From Akkermansiaceae bacterium (GTDB lineage: Bacteria > Verrucomicrobiota > Verrucomicrobiia > Verrucomicrobiales > Akkermansiaceae), in contig JALZUC010000051.1 in assembly GCA_023301765.1 (NCBI GenBank), forward strand, positions 5,315 through 29,314: a DNA stretch of 24,000 nt, read 5' to 3'. The position numbers and the translations under genes are program-made. The notes beneath the pieces were generated by a model. It had not been told where the DNA came from, made no database searches, and saw nothing but the letters and a program-made list of their open reading frames with translations. Shown piece after piece: positions 7,635-16,399 of this stretch (the first letter of the stretch is position 1; each line of letters starts with the position of its first letter).

Positions 7635-9014
7635 ATGCGAACACTGATTAAGCGAGCTCTAGCGAGCGACACTGCTAAAGACACTATCACCATCAGCGGC
7701 TGGGTGCGGACACGCCGTGACTCTAAAGAGTTTTCTTTTCTGGAAATGAATGACGGCTCATGTCTGGCCAACATTCAGTGTATAGCGGATGCTGGCATCC
7801 CCGGTTACGAAGATGCACCAAAGATGAGCACTGGCGCATCTGTAACCATCGAGGGCAAACTTGTAGAATCCCCTGGCAAAGGCCAAAAATGGGAAATCCA
7901 CGCCACCTCCATCAAACTTATAGGAGAAGCACCTGCGGACTACCCACTGCAGAAAAAAGGCCACACCCCTGAATTCCTCCGCTCCATCGCCCATCTACGC
8001 CCACGAGCTAATCTCTACGGCGCAGTATTCCGCATGAGAAGCCGCATGTCACAAGCAGTGCACCGCTTTTTCTCAGAGCGTGATTTTACCAACGTTCACA
8101 CCCCTATCATCACTGACTCAGACTGCGAGGGCGCTGGTGAAATGTTCCGCGTCAGCACGCTAGATCCGGCTAAGGCAGAGGCGCAGCAGTTCGAGAATGA
8201 TTTCTTTGGTAAACCCACCTACCTAACCGTGAGTGGACAGTTAGAAGGTGAGGCATTTGCCACCGCCCTCTCTAACATCTACACCTTTGGCCCTACATTC
8301 CGTGCAGAAAACTCAAACACCACGCGGCACGCATCTGAATTCTGGATGATCGAGCCAGAGATGGCCTTCTGTGACCTTGAAGGTGATATGGATCTTGCCG
8401 AGGAATTCACCAAATATCTCGTCGATGACGCACTGCAGAACAATGAAGGCGACCTCGATATTTTTGCCCGCTTTGTAGATAAAGGACTACTTGAGCGACT
8501 CAAATTTGTCTCAGAAAAACCCTTCCAGCGCGTCTCCTACACAGAGGCTGTGGAGATCCTTGAGAAGAGTGGCAAGAAGTTCGACTACAAAGTGGAGTGG
8601 GGCGTAAACCTCCAGTCCGAGCACGAGCGCTACCTCACCGAGGAGCACTTTAACAGCCCAGTCACCGTCTACAACTATCCCAAAAGTGTAAAACCCTTCT
8701 ACATGCGCACCAATGAACCTGACAGCGAAGGCCGTGAGACCGTCACCGCCATGGACGTGCTCGTCCCAGGCATCGGCGAAATAATCGGGGGTGCTCAGCG
8801 TGAAGAACGGATCGATGTGCTTATGGCGAACATGGCCGCACACAACCTATCAGAAGACGACTACGGCTGGTATCTAGACCTCCGGAAATACGGCACCTGC
8901 CCGCACGCCGGCTTTGGTATGGGCTTCGAGCGCATGCTCATGTTTGTCACCGGCATGAAAAACATCCGCGACGTCATCCCCTTCGCCAGAACTCCCGGTT
9001 CTTGCGAGTTTTGA
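7635..9014 (+). CDS. asnS: asparagine--tRNA ligase AsnS
   Basis: 459-aa ORF with an N-terminal OB fold and a class IIb core ([55 protein letters not shown]). Confidence 0.95.
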   Translation: MRTLIKRALASDTAKDTITISGWVRTRRDSKEFSFLEMNDGSCLANIQCIADAGIPGYEDAPKMSTGASVTIEGKLVESPGKGQKWEIHATSIKLIGEAPADYPLQKKGHTPEFLRSIAHLRPRANLYGAVFRMRSRMSQAVHRFFSERDFTNVHTPIITDSDCEGAGEMFRVSTLDPAKAEAQQFENDFFGKPTYLTVSGQLEGEAFATALSNIYTFGPTFRAENSNTTRHASEFWMIEPEMAFCDLEGDMDLAEEFTKYLVDDALQNNEGDLDIFARFVDKGLLERLKFVSEKPFQRVSYTEAVEILEKSGKKFDYKVEWGVNLQSEHERYLTEEHFNSPVTVYNYPKSVKPFYMRTNEPDSEGRETVTAMDVLVPGIGEIIGGAQREERIDVLMANMAAHNLSEDDYGWYLDLRKYGTCPHAGFGMGFERMLMFVTGMKNIRDVIPFARTPGSCEF

Positions 9015-9047
9015 GTTTTTAATGACAAGTGTTTAATTGCTTTTGCT

Positions 9048-9419
9048 ATGGAACCACCAGACATTAGAAAATGATCATTCCAGTTCTCTATCAGGGTAAT
9101 AGTCCTATGTAAGGTGCTTGATCAGAGCCCTGGATTATCAAGAACATTGGCCAACCAGTTACTCAGATCAGGAACATTCGTTGGAGCTAATGTCGCTAAA
9201 ACTCAGGCGGCACTGAGCAAAAAAGACTTCATTGCTAAAATGTCAATTGCCAGTAAAGAGTATCACTACACATCTTACTGGCTAGAACTCTTAATCGCCT
9301 CTAATATACTCCCCGAAGCTTAGCTTGCACCTCTCACAGATGAATCAAACGAAATCATCACTATCCTAATATCAATTGTAAAAACATCTCAACTCAACAC
9401 TCAAAACTTCACCCCATGA
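9048..9419 (+). pseudogene. four-helix-bundle protein (23S rRNA intervening-sequence protein family), disrupted by two in-frame stops
   Basis: One frame runs from ATG 9048 to TGA 9417-9419, 124 codons, which is the normal family length. It is interrupted by TGA 9072-9074 and TAG 9321-9323. Family blocks span both stops (SFQFSIRVIVLCKVL, NQLLRSGTFVGANV, LSKKDFIAKMSIASKE, YWLELL, ESNEIITILISIVKT). The terminal TGA overlaps the fabV ATG (ATGA). Confidence 0.65.
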
Positions 9420-10606
9420 TTGTAAAACCTAAAATCCGCGGCTTCATCTGTATCACCTCTCACCCAGACGGCTGTGCCGCTAATGTGCAGGAGCAGATTG
9501 ATTATGTAAAATCTCAACCTAAGGTCGAAGATGGCCCTAAGAACGTGCTCGTGATCGGTTCATCGGCTGGCTATGGCCTCGCCTCACGCATCGTTCCGGC
9601 ATTTTCATCCGGAGCTAATACTCTCGGCCTTTTCTTTGAGAAGCCAGGCACTGAGAAACGCACTGGCTCTGCTGGCTGGTATAATACCGCCGCCTTTGAA
9701 AAAGCGGCTGCTGCTGAAGGTCTATTTGCTAAGTCACTCAATGGTGATGCCTTTTCACACGACCTTAAAAAACAGGCAATCGACATTATCCAAAATGAAA
9801 TGGGGAAAATCGATCTCGTAGTCTACTCCCTCGCCTCCCCTCGCCGTACAGATCCTGATAGCGGTGAAGCATACTCTTCTGTGCTCAAAACCACCGGCGG
9901 AGATTACACAAACAAAACTCTTAATACCGATAAAGGTGAGGTCTCTGAAGTCACCATCGGTGCTGCCACTGACGAGGAAATTGAGAATACTATCAAAGTC
10001 ATGGGCGGTGAAGACTGGGAGCTGTGGATAAACGCTCTAGCAGATGCCGACGTACTTGCTGAAGGTGTAAAAACAGTAGCTTACTCCTACATCGGGCCTG
10101 AGCTTACATGGCCTATTTATACTGATGGCACCATTGGCCAGGCAAAGAAAGATCTAGAGAAATCATGCACTCAGCTTAATGAAAAACTCTCCTCACTAGA
10201 CGGCACCGCATTTGTTTCAGTAAATAAAGCACTCGTTACACAGGCCTCCTCTGCCATCCCAGTAGTGCCACTTTACATCTCCATTCTCTACAAAGAGATG
10301 AAGGCTAAGGGGCTGCATGAAGGCTGTATTGAGCAAATCCAACGCCTCTTCGCAGACCGTCTCTACTCTGATGACCCTCAGTTAGACGAGGCTGGCCGCA
10401 TCCGCATAGACGATTGGGAAATGCGCGATGAGATCCAAGCCGCTGTCGCTGAGTCATGGAAGAAAATCTCTAACGAGAACTTCACAGACCTCGCAGACTT
10501 CCAAGGCTATCAAGATGAATTCCTTCGCCTCTTCGGCTTTGGCATCGATGGCGTAGACTACAGCGCTGAGACTGATCCTGAGACGGCACCAGCCTCACTC
10601 TCCTAG
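9416..10606 (+). CDS. fabV: enoyl-[acyl-carrier-protein] reductase FabV (trans-2-enoyl-CoA reductase family)
   Basis: 396-aa ORF. The N-terminus MIVKPKIRGFICITSHPDGC..NV..QI.YV and the blocks VLVIGSSAGYGLASRI, DLVVYSLASPRR and YSYIGPE.T...Y..GTIG.AK.DLE are characteristic of FabV. Confidence 0.9.
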   Translation: MIVKPKIRGFICITSHPDGCAANVQEQIDYVKSQPKVEDGPKNVLVIGSSAGYGLASRIVPAFSSGANTLGLFFEKPGTEKRTGSAGWYNTAAFEKAAAAEGLFAKSLNGDAFSHDLKKQAIDIIQNEMGKIDLVVYSLASPRRTDPDSGEAYSSVLKTTGGDYTNKTLNTDKGEVSEVTIGAATDEEIENTIKVMGGEDWELWINALADADVLAEGVKTVAYSYIGPELTWPIYTDGTIGQAKKDLEKSCTQLNEKLSSLDGTAFVSVNKALVTQASSAIPVVPLYISILYKEMKAKGLHEGCIEQIQRLFADRLYSDDPQLDEAGRIRIDDWEMRDEIQAAVAESWKKISNENFTDLADFQGYQDEFLRLFGFGIDGVDYSAETDPETAPASLS

Positions 10607-10627
10607 ATAAAGGAACTATCTTTCAAA

Positions 10628-10664
10628 GGGGGGCATTTCACTACGAAATGCCTCCTTTTTTTTT
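10628..10664 (+). terminator. rho-independent terminator downstream of fabV
   Basis: GGGGGCAUUUC-ACUAC-GAAAUGCCUCC forms an 11-bp stem with one G.U pair, followed by nine U residues. It starts about 20 nt after the fabV stop. Confidence 0.85.
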
Positions 10665-10759
10665 ACCCTCACGCCTATACGGATACTATTTCCACCCGTG
10701 TAAAATGATCTCTTTAAGCAAAAGAGTTTACCCCTGCATACATCCATAGAAATTCAGGA

Positions 10760-12547
10760 TTACTCACTCAGACCAAGAAATCGTTTTTGATAACGTCTGG
10801 GAATATCCTTAATACTTACACTCAGTAGGCAGTATATCGCGTTATTAAATGACGGCTCTACATGGAAGGATAAGAACTTAGCACCTAGTGATACATAATA
10901 TCTAATTAAAGGGGGAATTGACTGACCATTACCTTCGAGTTCCTCGATATAGCTATTAAGTCGGTTTAAGCCATCCTCTCTCCAAGCATCTGAAACTAAG
11001 GGGTGATACTTCGTGCTAGACTGAAATGGCACGCGAGCTTGCACCAGCTTCCTTACTTCATGATCATCACCGTAGAATCTATCCAGCGTATCAACTAAGA
11101 TTCCTTGGCTAAGCGCACTAAAGCTTGCTGATATAGTTACAGAGCCAAACAAGGTCTCACAGTCCATCTTACGAGCCGCTAGCCCAAGCCCCTTCCAGAG
11201 CAGGTCTAACATCTGTGGGTTTTTCTGAAACTCTGGTAAGATAAATGATCTACTCAGCTCCATCGCGGCGCCTATGTGGTTATAAAATTTAGAGTCGATA
11301 TCAAAAACGTTGTTAAGATATAAACCATCCACTCCATGCTTAGCAATGACATCTTGGGTGTAGCCAATCCGGTATGCACCGATGAGTGAACACTCCTCTT
11401 GATTCCAGAGCACCAGGTGGTGGTAGTATTGATCTTCAGGAGAGAGATCTATTTCCTTACCTGTACCTGCACCAATAGCCGCAAAGGTAACGGCTCTACC
11501 GCGCCCTACCTGATTCAGTAATAATGGAGCCTGATCACCACGTACTAGGAGGAGTATAAGTCTATCGTTAGACCAGAGTTTATCATCCTCAGGCAGCTTA
11601 TTAATTTCTTCTGTAAGCTCATTGACTGGCCCCCGCTCCATGGCTGGTAATTTATCTGTTAGGCTTGGGGCCAAAGCCGCGGCTGTGCCACCACTCTCTC
11701 TTTCAGATGCCGCATAGCAGCGGGCATGTAACTGCGTAACCTTTCCACCTTTTCTGGTTAATCTCACTACCTCATCAGGTGCAAGAGTTCCGCCGTAGCT
11801 CATCCTTACCGTTTCACCTTTTTGCTTAGGTATTTCACGCGCCAGCATCATAGCTCGGCGCGTAGGATTTTCAGTAGGTAAGGCTAGAAAATCTTCACTA
11901 TTCTGACCACTAATGTGAGCCACTACTACATGCGCACCGGATGCCTTGGCTAACTTCAGGGCATGGTCAGTCCATGGGAGGTCACATACCGCACCGACTT
12001 TATCCGATTTAGCTGAGACACGGCCAGCCGGAAACAGGCCTAACATCCCTCCTGATTTAAGAAATCTAATCGACTCCTTCATCACAGAAACATTACTAGC
12101 ATCTTTACTAAAAGGATTAACGGCAAAGCTCGATCCCTTAAGAGCATCGATAGAACGGAGTAGCTTATTCGCCATAAGCTTCCATGCTCCTTCATCAGGT
12201 CTGGCCTCATGCATACAGCGCATCAGTGCCATAGCATCTATACAGCCGTATGGATGGTTTGCAGCCACGACTACAGGCCCATCTATAGCACTTAACGCCT
12301 CTGATAGTGCAGGATCAATGATCACCTCAGACTCCATAAATTCTAGGCAGCCTTCAAAAAATCCGGCAGCACCTAGAGTCTGGTCACGCTCCATAATCTT
12401 GACTGATTCATCATGAACTTCAGTAATTTTATGAAACATCAAGCAGCGCTCTACTAATGGCTGTACGCTACGGTACATGCCTCGTATAAAGGGCGATTTA
12501 ATCATCTCGGCCGTATTAATCCCCTGCCATGACTTATTCTGACTCAT
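10760..12547 (-). CDS. bifunctional acyltransferase of OlsF-like architecture: N-terminal PlsC/OlsA-like O-acyltransferase plus C-terminal OlsB-like GNAT N-acyltransferase (putative aminolipid synthase)
   Basis: 595-aa ORF. The N-terminal half has VVVAANHPYGCIDAMAL (His/Asp catalytic block) and GLFPAGRVS (FPEG-like block). The C-terminal half has YYHHLVLWNQEECSLIGAYRIG and SRSFILPEFQ, typical of the hemolysin-like/OlsB N-acyltransferase family. Confidence 0.72.
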   Translation of the reverse strand: MSQNKSWQGINTAEMIKSPFIRGMYRSVQPLVERCLMFHKITEVHDESVKIMERDQTLGAAGFFEGCLEFMESEVIIDPALSEALSAIDGPVVVAANHPYGCIDAMALMRCMHEARPDEGAWKLMANKLLRSIDALKGSSFAVNPFSKDASNVSVMKESIRFLKSGGMLGLFPAGRVSAKSDKVGAVCDLPWTDHALKLAKASGAHVVVAHISGQNSEDFLALPTENPTRRAMMLAREIPKQKGETVRMSYGGTLAPDEVVRLTRKGGKVTQLHARCYAASERESGGTAAALAPSLTDKLPAMERGPVNELTEEINKLPEDDKLWSNDRLILLLVRGDQAPLLLNQVGRGRAVTFAAIGAGTGKEIDLSPEDQYYHHLVLWNQEECSLIGAYRIGYTQDVIAKHGVDGLYLNNVFDIDSKFYNHIGAAMELSRSFILPEFQKNPQMLDLLWKGLGLAARKMDCETLFGSVTISASFSALSQGILVDTLDRFYGDDHEVRKLVQARVPFQSSTKYHPLVSDAWREDGLNRLNSYIEELEGNGQSIPPLIRYYVSLGAKFLSFHVEPSFNNAIYCLLSVSIKDIPRRYQKRFLGLSE

Positions 12548-12552
12548 CGTTA

Positions 12553-13296
12553 CTAACTATTTAAACTTAATTTCGCGCCATGCTCCATGCTAAAGCCTGA
12601 TTCGCCGCCTCCCTCACCCTGCCGAGTCCCGTAGCGGATGCTGGCTACACCAGAGCTATTATCTACGCGGATATGTGAAAGGCTCACTGTTTGAGTAAGC
12701 TCACGTGACATACACACAGATGACTCAGCATCACCTTCGATCTGATGCCTGTGATAGTCCTCCAGCGGATATCCACCTTCCGCTACCAGTTTCTGAAACA
12801 TGTCTTTGCGACCATCTTCTACCCTCTCAGACTCCCAAGACGAGCTCGTCACGGGGCACTGCACATCTTTAATCTCTGTGAGTTCTACACCATTCCAACA
12901 CCAGCAAACGGCTTCGCCCGAAGCGAATATAACTAGCCGAAATGGTGCGTAATCGGACTTTGCTACTATCGATCTCACCAGCTGACTCGCAGACTGAAGT
13001 TCTGAGATTTCACCCAAAGCATCCGTCACTAATAGACCTCTACTCCGATAGATACCACCGGATTCATAATCAAATGGTATGCGGTAATCATTTAGTAAAC
13101 AAACTACCACACCGTGCGTATTTACCCCTATCCAGGTACCACCACCCGCAGGATCACGAGGAAATAGACACTCTACTCCGTGGACTTCGCGGAGTTCAGG
13201 AGGCTCTGCCTTTACCCGCTTCCGTTGTTCATCTCTACTGAAGTAGATCTCATAGACACGCTGATCCTCTGAGACTTCCCATGACAAGGTACACAT
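12553..13296 (-). CDS. TANGO2/NRDE-family protein
   Basis: 247-aa ORF starting with MCTLSW (the conserved Met-Cys N-terminus). It also has FSRDEQRKR (an NRDE-motif variant), RDPAGGGTWIGVNTHGVVVCLLN, RSRGLLV and YAPFRLVIF. Its stop is 5 nt from the downstream acyltransferase start. Confidence 0.78.
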   Translation of the reverse strand: MCTLSWEVSEDQRVYEIYFSRDEQRKRVKAEPPELREVHGVECLFPRDPAGGGTWIGVNTHGVVVCLLNDYRIPFDYESGGIYRSRGLLVTDALGEISELQSASQLVRSIVAKSDYAPFRLVIFASGEAVCWCWNGVELTEIKDVQCPVTSSSWESERVEDGRKDMFQKLVAEGGYPLEDYHRHQIEGDAESSVCMSRELTQTVSLSHIRVDNSSGVASIRYGTRQGEGGGESGFSMEHGAKLSLNS

Positions 13297-13312
13297 TGGC
13301 TATTAAAAATAG

Positions 13313-13813
13313 TTATTTCTTCTGATAGGCGACGGTAGCTGGAGCCACACCAAAGGCATTCTCCATCTTTAAGCCTCTGAGCTGACACATTACCTTAATT
13401 AAGGCAAAGTGATGCACCCCATGAATGGAGGCAAACATCGCCTCTCTCCCCACAGATGAACTTACCTTAGGAGACTCCGTCTCATCGTAGCAGACCTTAG
13501 ATACTACATCTACAGTATCTACCATCTGACCACTATCGAGTGCGTCCCACTGAGCCAGTAGACTATTCGTCTTTTCCTTAGCTGTCTGCAAACATGTTTC
13601 CACCGCTACATCGCGGCACCGTGCATCATAGTTTACACACCCACTCTGCATCCCATCGATCAATATTTCTACATGATCCAGAATGTGGCGGTAGTGCGCA
13701 CCTATCGACGAAGTAAAATGTGGTGTATTCACATATACGTAATCATCAGAGCTTAACTCCCCTAATAATAACAGCCCTTGCTCGAGCATCTGGTTCACTG
13801 ATCTCTCTACCAT
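13313..13813 (-). CDS. DinB-superfamily (four-helix, His-rich metal-binding) protein
   Basis: 166-aa ORF with spaced His motifs (GAHYRHILDHVE ... SIHGVHHFALIK), as in DinB_2-type proteins. It ends 16 nt upstream of the NRDE gene. The family assignment comes from motif recognition only. Confidence 0.55.
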   Translation of the reverse strand: MVERSVNQMLEQGLLLLGELSSDDYVYVNTPHFTSSIGAHYRHILDHVEILIDGMQSGCVNYDARCRDVAVETCLQTAKEKTNSLLAQWDALDSGQMVDTVDVVSKVCYDETESPKVSSSVGREAMFASIHGVHHFALIKVMCQLRGLKMENAFGVAPATVAYQKK

Positions 13814-13931
13814 GTGTATTCTTTAGCAAATAAGAGCCAACTACCAAGGTTCAATTCCCTACTATTTCCATTTATTTCATCTCAGCAAAAAAAGGACTAC
13901 CGCCTAGTGGTCTCACCTTGTAAGATCAGGC

Positions 13932-14666
13932 ATGCCTACCAAGGAAAGAGCTGATGCCTTACTCGTCTCACGAGAGCTATGTGACTCCCGTGAGCAAGCC
14001 AAACGCTTGATCCTAGCTGGAGAGGTTATGTGTGGCACTAATGTAGTGGCTAAACCCAGCACAAAAATCCCCTCAGATGCAGAAATCACCGTGAAGGAGC
14101 GCCCTAAGTTCGTGGGCCGTGGCGGGCTGAAGATGGAGGGAGCCCTAGATGCATTCCAGTTTGACCCCTCGGGTATGACTTGCCTCGATGTTGGCGCATC
14201 TACTGGAGGTTTTACTGATTGTCTACTCCAGCGGGGAGCCTTGAAGGTACATGCCGTGGACGTAGGTACTAATCAGCTAGTCTGGAAACTACGTAGTGAT
14301 CCACGAGTGGTAGTAAAGGAGAAGTTTAACGCCCGCCACATGACCCCTGAGGATATTGGTGAGCCCATAGACCTCGCCGTCACGGACGTTTCCTTTATTT
14401 CCCTGACAAAAATTCTCCCCCCCATGTTCGCCACCTTAAAAGATAGCGGACAGATTATCTGCCTTATTAAACCTCAGTTCGAACTTGAGCGTGAGGATAT
14501 TAGTAAAGGGGGCATCGTCAGAGACCCTGAGCTACATCAGCGCGCTGTGGATAAAATTCACCGCTTTGTTACAGAGGAACTAGGACACACATGGATAAAG
14601 TGTATCGACTCCCCCATCACAGGCACAGACGGTAATCGGGAGTTTCTTGCGTGGCTCCGCCCCTAA
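13932..14666 (+). CDS. tlyA: TlyA-family rRNA (cytidine-2'-O)-methyltransferase
   Basis: 244-aa ORF with an N-terminal S4-like segment (RADALLVSREL..SREQAKRLILAGEV) and an FtsJ-like SAM fold (CLDVGASTGGFTDCLLQRGA..V.AVDVG..QL, DVSFISL, KPQFE, GNREFL). Confidence 0.9.
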   Translation: MPTKERADALLVSRELCDSREQAKRLILAGEVMCGTNVVAKPSTKIPSDAEITVKERPKFVGRGGLKMEGALDAFQFDPSGMTCLDVGASTGGFTDCLLQRGALKVHAVDVGTNQLVWKLRSDPRVVVKEKFNARHMTPEDIGEPIDLAVTDVSFISLTKILPPMFATLKDSGQIICLIKPQFELEREDISKGGIVRDPELHQRAVDKIHRFVTEELGHTWIKCIDSPITGTDGNREFLAWLRP

Positions 14667-15518
14667 CTAGTTAGCCACAGGATCTAGCCCTAGGGCTTTT
14701 CTTTTTACCGCATCCGCTGGACGGCTCTGATTCCAGTATGGCACGTTCATTTGGCGTTTTTTAAGCGTTGCTGTAGTGGTGCCAGTGCCTGTTTCCTCCG
14801 TCCACTTTCTAATGACGTGGGGGAATGCGGTGTCGAAGTGGATGGTCAGATTACGCTTATAAGTATGGTAAGCTAGCGTGTAGGTAGACTTCTCCCCTAA
14901 CTTCTTCAGGCTAGCTGTGGCTGTGGGCAGAGTGCTTTGCTGTGTGTAGTTCATCCGTGTAGCGACGGCTCCAGGCAGAATTTTAATTTTACCGGTAGGA
15001 AGTTTATTAGGATCTAGACGCAGCGTCACCCACAGTCCATCCTCCGAGTGCGCGGATGGTAAAGTGAGGTTCTGATCACCTGGGTTTTCAAAGTAGGAGC
15101 GCAGTTCTAATTTCCAGTGATTATTTCGATAATTTATCTGCTGAAAGACCTGTCCACACCAGTCTTGCATCGTACTCACAGACTTCAATGCGTAGGGGAA
15201 TCTCTCCACATCCACCGGCCTAAAGGTAGAGGTCATCAGACGGTATGAATAGATACCTGTGTTAAATGTGCTCAGGCTATTTAACTTTAATACCGTAGCG
15301 GAGTTTACCTTCCCTCTCTCGTTTTTCACCTGCTTATCTAGCAAAAACGGCTCAGTGACATAGATGAGCTCTGCGTGTCCGGGGTGGATCTCACCATACT
15401 TTGACTGCTCTAGCTTGAAGGAGCTTATTTCCGCACCATTATACCAGTATTTTTTCACCTGATCACTTTGAGCGTAACTAAGGGTTGGGATAGCTAGTAA
15501 TGGCAATAGCAATTTCAT
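14667..15518 (-). CDS. exported protein of unknown function (cleavable signal peptide)
   Basis: 283-aa ORF with N-terminus MKLLLPLLAIPTLSYAQ. I recognise no enzymatic motif. Its stop codon abuts the tlyA stop with no spacer. Confidence 0.6.
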   Translation of the reverse strand: MKLLLPLLAIPTLSYAQSDQVKKYWYNGAEISSFKLEQSKYGEIHPGHAELIYVTEPFLLDKQVKNERGKVNSATVLKLNSLSTFNTGIYSYRLMTSTFRPVDVERFPYALKSVSTMQDWCGQVFQQINYRNNHWKLELRSYFENPGDQNLTLPSAHSEDGLWVTLRLDPNKLPTGKIKILPGAVATRMNYTQQSTLPTATASLKKLGEKSTYTLAYHTYKRNLTIHFDTAFPHVIRKWTEETGTGTTTATLKKRQMNVPYWNQSRPADAVKRKALGLDPVAN

Positions 15519-15603
15519 AGGCGTAGCTTAGCACCTTTCTAAAAAGATGCATCAACTACGGAATAGTAATTGCGCTCTTCGTTTACTGTGAAAAACTTCC
15601 CCT

Positions 15604-16395
15604 ATGAAACCCCTCACCCTATTTGCGCTGGCTGGCCTCGGATTTCTAGCCGCCAGCTGCACTAAAAAAGAATCCGTAGAAGAAACCAACAACGCCGGAC
15701 ATGACCTCATCATGGACTCCATCACGGCACACGGCGGTGCAGACACATGGCACGGTAATGGCCAGCTACAGTTCCGCTGGACTTATCACATGACTGATAA
15801 AGGCGCTATTGTGGATACCACTCAGACCGTAGACACAGCGAGCCTCGCCGTAGTTCATCAAGTAGAAGGTAAGGACATCCGCTTTGGCTCGAATGCAGGG
15901 GAAACATGGGTCACTCCAGAGGGTAGTAAGGTCATACCTCCAGCTAAGTTCTGGTCACTCACCCCCTACTACTTCATCGGCATCCCATTTGTTTTTAATG
16001 ATCCTAATGCAAAGTTTGAGAAGCTCGGTGAAATGAAGTCCTTCGAGGGCAAAGAATACCAACAGGTAAAAATCACCTACAATCAAGACGCTGGTGATAC
16101 GCCAGAAGATTACTACGTGCTCTTAATTGACCCTGAAACTAAACTGACAAAAGGCGCTTACTACATCGTCACCAGTAAACTAGTGGCTCCAAATGGCCCT
16201 ACCCCACCTAAGTTTATCACCTTGGATAACCTCAAGGAGGTCAATGGAGTGAAGATAGCATCCGGACACCGCACATTCAAAATGACGGATGGTGTCATAG
16301 GTGATCAAATGCGCTACACTGACGTATCCGGTGTAAAGTTCCTACCACGCGGCACTGTGGACCTATCTATCCCTGAGGGGGTAAAGACCCACTAA
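15604..16395 (+). CDS. lipoprotein of unknown function
   Basis: 263-aa ORF with N-terminus MKPLTLFALAGLGFLAASC, giving a lipobox L-A-A-S-C. It is divergent from the exported protein gene across an 85-nt spacer. Confidence 0.6.
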   Translation: MKPLTLFALAGLGFLAASCTKKESVEETNNAGHDLIMDSITAHGGADTWHGNGQLQFRWTYHMTDKGAIVDTTQTVDTASLAVVHQVEGKDIRFGSNAGETWVTPEGSKVIPPAKFWSLTPYYFIGIPFVFNDPNAKFEKLGEMKSFEGKEYQQVKITYNQDAGDTPEDYYVLLIDPETKLTKGAYYIVTSKLVAPNGPTPPKFITLDNLKEVNGVKIASGHRTFKMTDGVIGDQMRYTDVSGVKFLPRGTVDLSIPEGVKTH

Positions 16396-16399
16396 GCCA

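Noticed and set aside
7758-8843. Several ORFs overlapping asnS: minus-strand 7758-7994, 8279-8503 and 8511-8843 (antisense), and plus-strand 7760-7972 (alternative frame)
   Set aside because: They lie inside a canonical AsnRS coding region, and I saw no motifs or independent start context.
9048-9419. Four-helix-bundle gene as the Avd component of a diversity-generating retroelement
   Set aside because: No reverse transcriptase, template/variable repeat pair or target gene lies nearby. The neighbours are asnS and fabV.
11946-12416. 156-aa plus-strand ORF antisense to the OlsF-like gene
   Set aside because: It lies wholly inside a well-supported minus-strand CDS. The translation is low-complexity (Ser/Ala/Pro/Arg-rich) with no recognisable motif, which is typical of an antisense shadow ORF.
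13840-13870. GGTTCAATTCC motif resembling a tRNA T-arm, followed by ...CCA, in the DinB/tlyA intergenic region (possible tRNA remnant or att site)
   Set aside because: The flanking bases cannot form a 5-bp T-stem or an acceptor stem. No D-arm or anticodon arm can be drawn upstream, where the DinB gene start lies. It is most likely a chance match.
14660-14675. Abutting convergent stop codons (tlyA TAA 14664-14666 and the stop of the minus-strand gene at 14667-14669), and similar tight convergent junctions at 16395/16400 and 3518/3543, all without terminators
   Set aside because: This reflects compact genome packing. No hairpin or repeat is visible at these junctions, so nothing specific can be claimed.
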